A DNA stretch of 64,000 nt from a virus (IMGVR_UViG_3300033067_002106:18836-82835), one strand, 5' to 3'. Shown: positions 19,275 through 28,812, counted from the first letter of the stretch. The notes: generated by a model not told the origin, from the sequence alone. Program-made: numbers and translations.

Positions 19275-19619
19275 ATGGAAAAATCGGTAATTGAAATATT
19301 AAAAAGAACCAATATCGTTGAAAATGACGAAATTGAAATTCAAAATCTGAAGAACATTGTGGTCAATTGGCCAACCGTTGAAATAAGGGACTCATTTGAT
19401 GATGAAGAAATTGAAGAAGAGGAAGTTGACCTTGAAAACTGGGAAATTATATCGATTTCGGATGAAAAACTAACAATGTGTGCTGGGGGTGATTGGCAGG
19501 AACCAACAATCTTTAGCTTGGTTCCTTATGACGAAAACTATTTGATGGCCACTAATATTCGTGATGGATATGAGGATGGAATGCATTATGATGACGTTTT
19601 GAAAATTTTAACAAATTAA
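19275..19619 (+). CDS. Hypothetical acidic protein
   Basis: 114-aa ORF after promoter. Confidence 0.7.
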   Translation: MEKSVIEILKRTNIVENDEIEIQNLKNIVVNWPTVEIRDSFDDEEIEEEEVDLENWEIISISDEKLTMCAGGDWQEPTIFSLVPYDENYLMATNIRDGYEDGMHYDDVLKILTN

Positions 19620-19662
19620 ATTTGGTTGTTCCAAAAATTCGCCATATCTTTGTTCTCTAATT

Positions 19663-19734
19663 GGCTCGGTGGTGTAACGACAACATTTAGGACTCTAAAT
19701 CCGAAAGATAAGGGTTTGAATCCCTTTCGAGTCT
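19663..19734 (+). tRNA. Amber suppressor tRNA (CTA), copy 1
   Basis: Cloverleaf; loop ctCTAaa; D-loop GG replaced by GA; one anticodon-stem mismatch. Confidence 0.8.
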
Positions 19735-19741
19735 CAAAACC

Positions 19742-19939
19742 TTGAAAATGAATATAAAAGAAGCGAAAAGTAAACTTTGGGAAGAATTAAAGGTGAGTGA
19801 TTTTGTTGTTGGAATATCCTGCGATGAGACAAAAATCGTGGTACATCTTTTAAACGGCAAATCAAAAAAATTGATACCCAAAGATTATGAGGGGCATAAG
19901 GTTACGACTAAAGTAACAGGTAGGATAACGCTTCAATAA
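19742..19939 (+). CDS. Hypothetical protein
   Basis: 65-aa ORF. Confidence 0.6.
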   Translation: MKMNIKEAKSKLWEELKVSDFVVGISCDETKIVVHLLNGKSKKLIPKDYEGHKVTTKVTGRITLQ

Positions 19940-19989
19940 ATTGATTTTTTTTAAACTTGTAATATATTTATTATTATAAAACAACACAG

Positions 19990-20106
19990 ATGACACACTA
20001 GATTTCTAACAACGAAAAGTTACGTATTGTAACAAGAAGGGATATCCCCCTACAGTATGCGGCAGTACAAGCTGGCCTTTTCGATTTCTCTCCATATTTA
20101 TATTAT
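19990..20106 (+). pseudogene. 5' remnant of Pth2-like gene (MTH*ISNNEKLRIVTRRD...), in frame with downstream endonuclease
   Basis: Paralogous to 20795 start; TAG at 19999-20001. Confidence 0.8.
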
Positions 20107-20790
20107 ATGAAAAGACCAAATGTTAGAAAAACAACCGAGAAGTTTATTCAAGAATGTCAAAAAATTCACAAAAAATACGACTATTCATTAGTTGAGTACG
20201 TTACAAATAAAACTCCTGTCAAAATTATTTGTAACATACATGGTGTATTTAGCCAAATTCCATCCCATCATTTAAAAGGTTCTGGGTGTCCAAAGTGTGC
20301 CAATGACGTTAAATCAATAGAGTTCTTCATTGAGAAATCAAAATTGATTCATGGTAATTATTACGATTATTCAAAAGTAGAATTTAAAAACACGAATAAT
20401 AAAGTAATTATTGTCTGCCCCAAACACGGTGATTTTAGTCAACAACCAAAACATCATTATAATGGTGCTGGGTGCCCATATTGTAAGCAATCTAAAGGTG
20501 AAAGGGACATAATAAAATATCTTAAGGAAAACAATATAAAATTTATTTCACAAAAGAGATTTAATGATTGTAGAGATAAAAAACCATTACCGTTTGATTT
20601 TTATCTACCAGAATTAAATATTTGTATTGAATTTGATGGTGAACAACATTTTAAAAGTAAATCAGTTTTTGGTGGTGACAAAGAATTTGAGAATAGGGTC
20701 AGACGTGATGTAATAAAAACCAATTATTGTGATAAAACTGGAATTAAATTAATAAGAATTAAAAATAACGAAACAATTAATCTAAAATAA
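20107..20790 (+). mobile_element. Mobile endonuclease (CxxH/CxxC repeats plus PD-(D/E)XK, DUF559/Vsr-like)
   Basis: Repeated YDYS.V.Y...IIC..HG.F.Q.P..H..G.GCP.C; PFDFYLPELNICIEFDGEQHF. Confidence 0.8.
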
Positions 20791-20794
20791 AACT

Positions 20795-21151
20795 ATGACA
20801 CATTAGGTATCAACAACAGAAAAACTAAGGGTGGTTACCAGACGTGACCTATCATTTGGTGCGCAATCAATTCAATGCGGTCATGCCGCCATCGATTTTC
20901 AACACCAGCATCCAGAATTAGCCAAACTTTGGCACTCCCATTCAAATTATTTAGCGTATTTAACCGTCAAGGACGAACAAGAGCTTATTGACTTAATCGT
21001 CAAAGCAACCTTGCGTGGTATCAAATACACAATCTTCAGGGAGCCTGATATCAATAATCAAATTACAGCGGTGGCCTTTGAGCCAACAAGTGCTAGTCGT
21101 AAGTTAACTAGTTCATTACCACTTCTGGGAAAGGAGGTAAGCTATGCTTAA
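20795..21151 (+). CDS. Peptidyl-tRNA hydrolase II-like protein with TAG at codon 4 (20804)
   Basis: KLRVVTRRDL...QCGHAA...FREPD...ITAVA (Pth2 fold pattern). Confidence 0.75.
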
Positions 21152-21404
21152 CATCAACGAAAGAACTGAGATAATCTTCCATTTCAATAAGAAGTATTTG
21201 GAAGATAATACCATCCCCATGTGGATTATCAAAGCCAAGGGTGAGACATACTATGTTCACCACGTGGATATGGAAAGCGGTGTTGGATTTTCAACCAAAG
21301 AAACACCAGATAATCCCCATACCAAGGGTTCAATCAAATTTAAGGGTAAATTAAGTATTCATCCAAATGAACATGGAGAATTGATAGCAACAATTTCACC
21401 TTAA
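21144..21404 (+). CDS. Hypothetical protein
   Basis: 86-aa ORF. Confidence 0.7.
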   Translation: MLNINERTEIIFHFNKKYLEDNTIPMWIIKAKGETYYVHHVDMESGVGFSTKETPDNPHTKGSIKFKGKLSIHPNEHGELIATISP

Positions 21405-21410
21405 TGAGAA

Positions 21411-21481
21411 GGTCAAGTGGCCGAGTGATAAGGCATGGTTCCGCAAGGACCAGTACGGTGGTTTGAATCCATCCTTGACCT
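21411..21481 (+). tRNA. tRNA-Cys(GCA)
   Basis: Cloverleaf; U73; atypical C33. Confidence 0.8.
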
Positions 21482-21486
21482 CACTA

Positions 21487-21511
21487 GATGCATTAGCTCA
21501 GCGGCAGAGCA
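21487..21511 (+). pseudogene. tRNA 5'-half remnant
   Basis: gatgcat-ta-gctc-agcggca-gagc-a, then the sequence breaks off. Confidence 0.65.
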
Positions 21512-21550
21512 ATAATTTGACGTTTTATCATTTTCATGATATTTATTAAT

Positions 21551-22135
21551 ATGGAAAAAGAATTATTAAAAAAATATATTGATGAGGGTCTCTCAATAAG
21601 AAAAATTGCTGAAAAATTAAGTTGTTCAGCAACAACAATTAGGTATTATTTAAACAAATTTGATTTGGTAAGCAAATGGCATCAGCCAAATAAATTTAAT
21701 GTTGAAGTAATTAGAAAATTATGTGAAGAAAAAATTAGTATTTCTGAAATTTTACGTGAATTAAATTTACATGTTAGCAACACTAATTTTTTATCTATAA
21801 AGAGATTTGCAAAAAAAAATAATATTATATTGCCTAAAAATGGAAATAAAAGCGGAAATAAACGATTTCCAAAAAGAACGAATAGTGAAATTTTTTGTGT
21901 AAATAGTCCCGTTAGTAGGGGGGTGGTAAGAAAACGATTATTAGAAGAAGGTCGAGGTGAAAAATGTGAATTATGTACACAAGGTATTGAATGGAACGGA
22001 AGAAAAATATCTATGATATTAGACCATATTAATGGGGTTCCAGACGATAATAGACGTGAAAATTTAAGATTTATATGCCCAAATTGCGACTCAACATTAG
22101 ACACATTTTGTGGGCGAAATAAAAGATATAAATAA
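21551..22135 (+). mobile_element. HNH homing endonuclease with N-terminal HTH
   Basis: CELC...LDHING...DNRRENLRFICPNC. Confidence 0.85.
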
Positions 22136-22136
22136 T

Positions 22137-22207
22137 GTGGGTGTAGCTTAAAGGTAAAGCGATGGTCTCTAAAACCATTGTTGACAGTTCGATTCTGTTC
22201 ATCCATA
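22137..22207 (+). tRNA. Amber suppressor tRNA (CTA), copy 2
   Basis: Full cloverleaf; atggt-ctCTAaa-accat. Confidence 0.88.
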
Positions 22208-22239
22208 CAGATACTGTGGGTTCGAATCCCGTATATCCA
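22208..22239 (+). pseudogene. tRNA 3'-half remnant
   Basis: gtggg-ttcgaat-cccgt T arm without a 5' half. Confidence 0.6.
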
Positions 22240-22400
22240 ACTAACAATAATGTTAATTAAAAATTTAAAGCTATGATGTAGATTATTAGGGGACCAACTT
22301 AAGTTTTAATCTGGACACTAACTTGGACAAAGTGTCCAGATAATCATCCAAGTCCAAAAAAAAAAAATAACACAATAAAAAACAAATTAAAACTTAAGTT

Positions 22401-22715
22401 ATGAAACAGAATCCCACAACCGCAATCAAATGTAAATTTTCAAATGCTGTACACAAAATGTTAGAACCTAATACGGATATCAAACAACGTGATAGGTGGC
22501 GACACAGAGATAAGTATAAGCTCACCGACAAACAAAAGCTTGAAATGTTTGAAGAAATCTTAAAGCTTCATGCTGAATGTTCAAAAGAGTTAACAACTTA
22601 TCAGTATGACAGACGAGAAAAGAAAAGAGTTCAAAAAGCACGTATTGCACGTGGTTATGTACCTAAGAAAAAGACCAAAAAAGATGATTATTTAAAGGCT
22701 GTTAAATCAGCATAA
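22401..22715 (+). CDS. Hypothetical basic protein
   Basis: 104-aa ORF followed by terminator at about 22718-22743. Confidence 0.7.
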   Translation: MKQNPTTAIKCKFSNAVHKMLEPNTDIKQRDRWRHRDKYKLTDKQKLEMFEEILKLHAECSKELTTYQYDRREKKRVQKARIARGYVPKKKTKKDDYLKAVKSA

Positions 22716-22797
22716 AAATGGGGGCATATGCCCCCATTTCTTTTAAGATATATTTGGTGTTTTCCGAAAAATTTCCTATGTTTGTAGTATAAAACAA

Positions 22798-24762
22798 ATG
22801 ATAATGAAAAAAATCATCACATTTCTAGCAATTCTGATTGGTTTTCAGGGACTTACACAAGATACCCTAAAGATTATAACCCTTGAAAGGGCCTTGGTAA
22901 CTAGTGTTAGGGCGGATAAAAAAACCCCTATAACACAGAAAACAATCGGGGATACATCCATACAGGAAACATATCAGGGTCAGGAGATTCCGATGCTTTT
23001 AGGCTCTCAGCCATCAATAAATTCAAATAGTGATGGTGGTCATCCATTCGGTTATAGTTATTTTAGTCTTAGAGGGGCTAGTCAAAGCAGAATCAATATG
23101 ACGCTTAATGGTGTACCACTTAATGAACCGGAAGACCATGGTGTATATACATCAAACTATCCAAGCTTTATTAATTCAATTCAATCGATTCAAATACAAA
23201 GAGGTGTTGGAACATCCTCTAACGGTGCTGCATCGTTTATTGGGTCTATTAATTTTCAAACAAAAAATGGTCTTAAAAAAGCGACAGATATTCAGTTGGG
23301 TGCCGGTGCTTTCAATACGCTACGGTTTAATGCTTCAACAGCATCTGGATTAAATAAAAACAACATTGCATATGTGGTAAATATTGGTGGAATCAGAACC
23401 GATGGTTTCCGTGAAAACTCTGGAAGTGTTGGTGGTTCAGTATTTACAAGTCTTGGTTATTTTGGAAATAAAAGAATCACCAAGGTAGTATTTTTTTCTG
23501 GTCAGAGTAAAAACAAAATGGCGTGGGATGGCTCAGATGAAAGTGTTTTGAAAACAAACTTTAGGGACAATCCAAGAGGTTTGGATAATACGGATTTGTT
23601 CACCCAATCCCATATTCAATTACACAATGTAAACATGTTCAGTAAGAAATTTAAACTTACAACAACTGTTTTTTATAATCATTTAAGGGGCCATTACGAT
23701 GTTTATAGCATGAAGGATATTTCAGCCATTGGTTATTATGCCGCCGAAAAACAATCATCTAATTGGTTTGGCTATATCAATCAATTCGATTATAAATCAC
23801 GTACAACCAATCTTAGCGTTGGTGTGTCATTAAACACATATAAACGGAACCACAATGGTGTTAAATATTATGATAGCACAACAAGCTTAGAATATAGCAA
23901 CCATGGAGTAAAGAATGAGGCTAGTGGGTTTGTTAAGGTAAACTTTGGTGATGATGTGGTCAGATTTTATGCTGACCTCCAAGGCCGTTACATTGATTTT
24001 AAATATCTGGGTGATGTTCCAATGAATAAACAATCATGGTTCTTTATAAATCCAAAGATTGGTCTAAAGATATTCTTCAACAAGGATATCGATGTTTATT
24101 CCAGTTTAGCAATATCCCACAGGGAACCAACAAGGTCAGTTTTATTTGGTGGTGGATTTTATTTAACAACATTAAATTTGATTAAACCTGAAGAGGTTAT
24201 CGATTTCGAACTTGGAACAAACTATAAAACGGACAGGCTCAGACTTCAATCCAATATTTTTTACATGGCGTTTAGGAATGAAATTATTCCAGCTGGTCCA
24301 ATAGGTTCAAATAGCCTACCAACAATGATTAATGTTGATAAAAGCAAAAGATATGGACTTGAAGTTGACGCTCAATATGCTTTATCAGACAGGGTTTCAT
24401 ATGATGGTAATCTTACTCTTTCACGGAGCCAATTCGGGGACCAAAAAAATGAACAACTGTTTTCACCAAGAGTAATGTTTAATCAATCTATAACGCTTGA
24501 ATATCGAGAACTATCACTTGGGGTAAACCAAACTGTTTTTTCTAAATCATACATTGATATTACAAACACAAACTCAATGGCTGGTTATTTTGTGTATGGG
24601 GTTAATGTGTCTTATGAAAAAAATAATTATAGGGTCAGCATACAAGCCAATAACATAACAGATAAAAAATATTATTCGAATGGTTATGTTGCAAATGGTG
24701 TGAGATATCTTTATCCAAATGCTCTAGCCAGCTATTATGTGACGGTTAAAATTAGGTTATGA
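22798..24762 (+). CDS. TonB-dependent outer-membrane receptor
   Basis: Signal peptide; plug RINMTLNGVPLNEPED, IQIQRGVGTS.NG; beta-barrel pattern. Confidence 0.88.
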   Translation: MIMKKIITFLAILIGFQGLTQDTLKIITLERALVTSVRADKKTPITQKTIGDTSIQETYQGQEIPMLLGSQPSINSNSDGGHPFGYSYFSLRGASQSRINMTLNGVPLNEPEDHGVYTSNYPSFINSIQSIQIQRGVGTSSNGAASFIGSINFQTKNGLKKATDIQLGAGAFNTLRFNASTASGLNKNNIAYVVNIGGIRTDGFRENSGSVGGSVFTSLGYFGNKRITKVVFFSGQSKNKMAWDGSDESVLKTNFRDNPRGLDNTDLFTQSHIQLHNVNMFSKKFKLTTTVFYNHLRGHYDVYSMKDISAIGYYAAEKQSSNWFGYINQFDYKSRTTNLSVGVSLNTYKRNHNGVKYYDSTTSLEYSNHGVKNEASGFVKVNFGDDVVRFYADLQGRYIDFKYLGDVPMNKQSWFFINPKIGLKIFFNKDIDVYSSLAISHREPTRSVLFGGGFYLTTLNLIKPEEVIDFELGTNYKTDRLRLQSNIFYMAFRNEIIPAGPIGSNSLPTMINVDKSKRYGLEVDAQYALSDRVSYDGNLTLSRSQFGDQKNEQLFSPRVMFNQSITLEYRELSLGVNQTVFSKSYIDITNTNSMAGYFVYGVNVSYEKNNYRVSIQANNITDKKYYSNGYVANGVRYLYPNALASYYVTVKIRL

Positions 24763-25301
24763 TAGAGATAATTGCAGTTGTGTTTTCTTTATTATCGGTT
24801 TATCTTACAATAAAGATGAAGGTCGTTAATTGGCCAATTGGGATAATCGGAATCATCGCATATCTTATATTATTTTGTCAACAACATCTTTATGGACAAG
24901 CTGTCCTTCAGTTAATCTTTATTATTCAATCAATTTATGGTTGGATTGTTTGGAAGAAATATAATGAGCGTGAACTTTGTTTTATTCCGATGAACACATT
25001 TCTGAGGCATTTAATGGCTACAATTGTTTTGATTTGTGTAATGACCTTTGTTCTCGGTAAATATACAGACAACCCACAACCAGCGTTTGATTCAATTACG
25101 ACATTATTCAGTTTATTGGCAACATGGTACATGGCAAAAAAGATTATTTACAATTGGTTGGTCTGGCTGATGGCTGACATATATTTTGTTTTGATGTTTC
25201 TTGAACAAAAAATGTATTGGTCTGTTGGACTATATTTTATACTTATATTTTTAGTAATTAAAGGTTTAATAGAATGGGGAAGAAATTCAACGACGGCTTA
25301 G
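24759..25301 (+). CDS. pnuC: PnuC-family nicotinamide riboside transporter
   Basis: NWPIGI; DSITTLFSLLATWYMAKK..NWLVWLMAD. Confidence 0.85.
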   Translation: MIEIIAVVFSLLSVYLTIKMKVVNWPIGIIGIIAYLILFCQQHLYGQAVLQLIFIIQSIYGWIVWKKYNERELCFIPMNTFLRHLMATIVLICVMTFVLGKYTDNPQPAFDSITTLFSLLATWYMAKKIIYNWLVWLMADIYFVLMFLEQKMYWSVGLYFILIFLVIKGLIEWGRNSTTA

Positions 25302-26284
25302 TTCTTGGTAAGTTCATGCCGCCACAAAATGGTCACCTGTATCTCATTGATACAGCTGCATCACAATGCAACACACTTCATGTAATGGTATGCTCAGACG
25401 AAACCCAACCAATTCCGGGTGAGTTACGTTATAAATGGTTTCGTGAGATATATAAAAATCAACCAAACATAAGAATCATTTGGTGTCAGGACCCAAATCC
25501 ACAATACCCGAATGAGTGTGAATCGGTTGATATCTTTTATAACAAATATTGGGTACCCAGCGTATACAAACACATCAAAAAATTGGATGTTGTATTTACA
25601 TCTGAAGAATATGGCGATGAGTTTGGTAGATATTTAGGTGTACCTCACGTACAAGTTGACCAACCAAGAAGTCACTATGCAGTTTCTGGAACAGCTGTCA
25701 GAACAGACCCATATACCAATTGGAAGTATATCCCAAGACCCGTAAGGCCTTATTACACAAAAAAAGTTGTTGTAATGGGACCAGAATCGGTTGGTAAGTC
25801 AACACTGATGAAAAAGTTAGCGGTACATTATGATACGTATTATGTTGAAGAGTATGGACGAACATATACTGAACTTAGCGGAACACATAGTATTTCTAAT
25901 CAGGACTTCATTAATATTGCCGAAGGTCAGGTTGAATTGATTGAAAAAACAATTAATAAGGGAGAAAAGGTTATATTTGTGGATACTGAGGCCATGACAA
26001 CAAAAATTTTTGGTGAGATGTATCTGGGGAATGAATTCGACCCAACAAATATTAATAAAATCATCAAAAACCAAAAATTTGACCTGTATTTACTCTTGGA
26101 TATTGATGTACCATGGGTTGATGATGGTACTCGTGAATTTCCACATGCAAGGGTTGAACATTTTGAGCGAATCAAGAAAGAATTGACCGATAATAACATA
26201 TCTTACGTTTTGATTAGTGGGGATTATAATGAAAGATTTGAAAAAGCCGTAAAAGAAGTGGATAAACTGGGATATTTATATTGA
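25274..26284 (+). CDS. nadR: NadR-like NMN adenylyltransferase / ribosylnicotinamide kinase
   Basis: GKFMPPQNGH; GPESVGKST; EYGR; PWVDDGTR. Confidence 0.88.
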   Translation: MGKKFNDGLVLGKFMPPQNGHLYLIDTAASQCNTLHVMVCSDETQPIPGELRYKWFREIYKNQPNIRIIWCQDPNPQYPNECESVDIFYNKYWVPSVYKHIKKLDVVFTSEEYGDEFGRYLGVPHVQVDQPRSHYAVSGTAVRTDPYTNWKYIPRPVRPYYTKKVVVMGPESVGKSTLMKKLAVHYDTYYVEEYGRTYTELSGTHSISNQDFINIAEGQVELIEKTINKGEKVIFVDTEAMTTKIFGEMYLGNEFDPTNINKIIKNQKFDLYLLLDIDVPWVDDGTREFPHARVEHFERIKKELTDNNISYVLISGDYNERFEKAVKEVDKLGYLY

Positions 26285-26297
26285 AACGCTAAAAGCG

Positions 26298-27461
26298 ATG
26301 AAAACGTTTATTAAAGAACAACTAAGAAGATTTATTTTAATGGAACAAAGGATTAAATATGATATGCATATTCCTGATGATATCTTAGCAATCAAAGACG
26401 TTTTTAAAAAGAACGGCTATAAGCTATATGTTGTTGGTGGAGCGGTTCGTGATGCTATCCTAGGCAAAACACCAAAAGACTTTGACCTAGCAACCGATGC
26501 TGTTCCAGACAAGGTTGAAGAAATAATGAAAAATGCTGGATTGAAAACCCTTCCAACCGGAAAAGCTTTTGGTGTAATAAATGTTTTTACAAATAAAGGT
26601 GAATATGAGATAGCTACCTTCCGTGAGGATAGCTCTACTGGTGATGGCCGTAGACCAGACTCAGTTAGCTTTACAAACATCGAGGGTGACGTTAAACGAC
26701 GAGATTTGACCATCAACGCCCTTTTCTATGATATAGATACACATGAGGTGGTTGACTTGGTTGGGGGCGTAAATGACCTTAAAAACGGTGTGGTGAGAAC
26801 CGTGGGAAGTCCAGAAGAAAGGTTCAACGAAGATAAGCTTAGGATTCTTAGGGCCATCAGATTTGCTGGTCGGTTTGGTTCTGGTTTGGACCCTGCTGTG
26901 GATGCCGCATTAATGAAAGATGCTAGCCTTCAAGGAATATCTGGTGAAAGAATCAGAGATGAATTCCTTAAGGGTATCAAATCATCCAAATCAGTTGTTC
27001 AATTTTTAAGACTTATCGATAAATACAACCTGTTTGACTGGATATTTAGGGGGTTAAAGGTTAATAAAGAATTTGTGGAAGACAAGGACCCAATCCTTGT
27101 AATAGCTAACCTATTGAAATTCAATGAATCTTCAGTACTCAACAAACAATTAAATGTTTATAAGTATACCATTGAAGAAATACGAGCTATTACATTCTTA
27201 ATCAATCTTTTAAAATTGAGTCCAGAAACAGCTGTTGCACTGAAGAGAGCCCAAAAGATTTCTGGTGTATCAGATGAACAAATTAGAAAGTTTGGCCATC
27301 AGGAAGGGTTGAATTCTAAGCTTTTAGAAGCTTTTTTGAAGTTTAGATTAACTGTAAATGGTGAACAACTCATGCAACAGCTTAATATGAAGCCGGGAAA
27401 GGAACTTGGTGATGCAATAAATAAGGCTGAATACGATAATTTTAAAAAATTGTTGGGGTAA
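26298..27461 (+). CDS. cca: tRNA nucleotidyltransferase (CCA-adding enzyme, class II)
   Basis: VGGAVRD...DFDLAT; RRDLTINAL; EDKLRILRAIRF. Confidence 0.85.
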   Translation: MKTFIKEQLRRFILMEQRIKYDMHIPDDILAIKDVFKKNGYKLYVVGGAVRDAILGKTPKDFDLATDAVPDKVEEIMKNAGLKTLPTGKAFGVINVFTNKGEYEIATFREDSSTGDGRRPDSVSFTNIEGDVKRRDLTINALFYDIDTHEVVDLVGGVNDLKNGVVRTVGSPEERFNEDKLRILRAIRFAGRFGSGLDPAVDAALMKDASLQGISGERIRDEFLKGIKSSKSVVQFLRLIDKYNLFDWIFRGLKVNKEFVEDKDPILVIANLLKFNESSVLNKQLNVYKYTIEEIRAITFLINLLKLSPETAVALKRAQKISGVSDEQIRKFGHQEGLNSKLLEAFLKFRLTVNGEQLMQQLNMKPGKELGDAINKAEYDNFKKLLG

Positions 27462-27535
27462 AATTTGCACGAACTGATTTTTTGTCGTATCTTTGTGTTC
27501 TTAATTGTATAATAAATTATTAAATCAAAGTACAC

Positions 27536-27778
27536 ATGTCTAAAACACAAACACAAAAAACCAGAACGCAAGTTTCCGTTGAAAACGGTATCAAAGTTTT
27601 AAAACTTGCAATCAGAGGAAAACTTTCCTTGTCTGAAGCCTCAAGAAGAAATTCTTTTGGAAGAAACTACGTTTCTGATGTAAAAGCAAGAATTGCTGAT
27701 AACTACAGAAACAAGAATGTTGATAAAGAAACTTATCAAACATTCAAAACACTTTTGAAAACCTACGCAACTCTTTAA
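27536..27778 (+). CDS. Hypothetical protein, possibly DNA-binding
   Basis: 80-aa basic ORF after promoter. Confidence 0.65.
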   Translation: MSKTQTQKTRTQVSVENGIKVLKLAIRGKLSLSEASRRNSFGRNYVSDVKARIADNYRNKNVDKETYQTFKTLLKTYATL

Positions 27779-27852
27779 GGTTACAAAGGACATCAATTCA
27801 AAGAAATAATTATGGCGCTATTCAAAGTAGCGCCATATTTATTTAAAAAAAT

Positions 27853-28197
27853 ATGGCAAGGTATATAGCAATCTTCACGGATAATCATAATGAAGAATTT
27901 GATGTTAACGGATTCAAAACAATGACAGAACGTGAAGTTGAGAATTTTGAGAATTTAGCAATGAGTATTACATGGGAATTTAGTTATCGTGCAAATGACG
28001 AAGCCCTAACCTATGTGAGTGGTGAGGATTTACTATCAAGAATAGAATTCAAAGAGATATCCAAGGCTGAATATGACTCGTTGGAGAAAGTGTTTGGTGG
28101 TGAATTTGGCACCTTTATCAGTGAAGAATATCTTGAAACAATCATTGATGATGAGGAAGGCCCAGATACTGAAGATTGGGATGAAGAGGACCAATAA
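27853..28197 (+). CDS. Hypothetical acidic protein
   Basis: 114-aa ORF. Confidence 0.7.
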   Translation: MARYIAIFTDNHNEEFDVNGFKTMTEREVENFENLAMSITWEFSYRANDEALTYVSGEDLLSRIEFKEISKAEYDSLEKVFGGEFGTFISEEYLETIIDDEEGPDTEDWDEEDQ

Positions 28198-28199
28198 AA

Positions 28200-28261
28200 A
28201 AATATTTAAAAAAAAGTCAGAAAAAACTTGTTTATTTGGAAAAGTTTTGTATATTTGCATT
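28200..28261 (+). promoter_or_regulatory. Conserved tRNA-operon promoter, copy 1
   Basis: aaaaaacttgtttatttg...gtatatttgca; near-identical at about 58045 and 63585. Confidence 0.8.
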
Positions 28262-28395
28262 CTAATTGATAACAATCCACGCAGTAACTGAGACCAATGG
28301 ATTGGGTGTTAAGCCTGAATAAGAAGCTGGTAAAACCGATAAATTTGTTTCTCAGCAAGTGCTTCTAAAAGAAACTGACACAAATATCAATTAGA
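28261..28395 (+). ncRNA. Candidate small RNA with paired ends and CAGCAA core (Y-RNA-like topology)
   Basis: Perfect 10-bp 28261-70/28386-95 followed by U run; inner helices 28273-79/28298-304 and 28347-51/28371-75. Confidence 0.55.
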
Positions 28396-28468
28396 TTTTT
28401 GATTTTTTTGCTTTTTTTAATTTTGTAACATATTTATTACTTAACGGGTAACCCATAAACATAAAACA

Positions 28469-28567
28469 ATGAGAACTATTAACATACATATGAATTCGAT
28501 TAATTGGAGACGCAATAGTCATTCAAATCGACAGGTCATGCTTAATAGTGACGATACTTGGGGATAA
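28469..28567 (+). CDS. Leader peptide MRTINIHMNSINWRRNSHSNRQVMLNSDDTWG
   Basis: A-rich initiation region; followed by terminator; composition matches downstream tRNAs. Confidence 0.8.
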   Translation: MRTINIHMNSINWRRNSHSNRQVMLNSDDTWG

Positions 28568-28587
28568 CCCAGCAATCAAAATACTTT

Positions 28588-28622
28588 AAAGCCTCTGACC
28601 CAGAAATCAGAGGCTTTTTTTT
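28588..28622 (+). terminator. Attenuator terminator
   Basis: aaagcctctga-8nt-tcagaggcttt plus T run. Confidence 0.85.
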
Positions 28623-28625
28623 ATT

Positions 28626-28796
28626 ATGTTAGATGAAAGATACAAGAAACTAGGTAGTGAAACACAAAAAAATCTAAATACTGATTTTGACAGAATATAT
28701 GAGAAGTACAAAGAGAAAGCATTGGAGCTGGGGTTTATGGGTGAATTGAAGTTTGTGAAGGAACGTGGAAGAGTGTTGATTTATGTAGTTATTTGA
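28626..28796 (+). CDS. Hypothetical 56-aa protein
   Basis: Not in ORF track; open frame ATG to TGA. Confidence 0.55.
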   Translation: MLDERYKKLGSETQKNLNTDFDRIYEKYKEKALELGFMGELKFVKERGRVLIYVVI

Positions 28797-28812
28797 AATA
28801 GATTTTATATAC

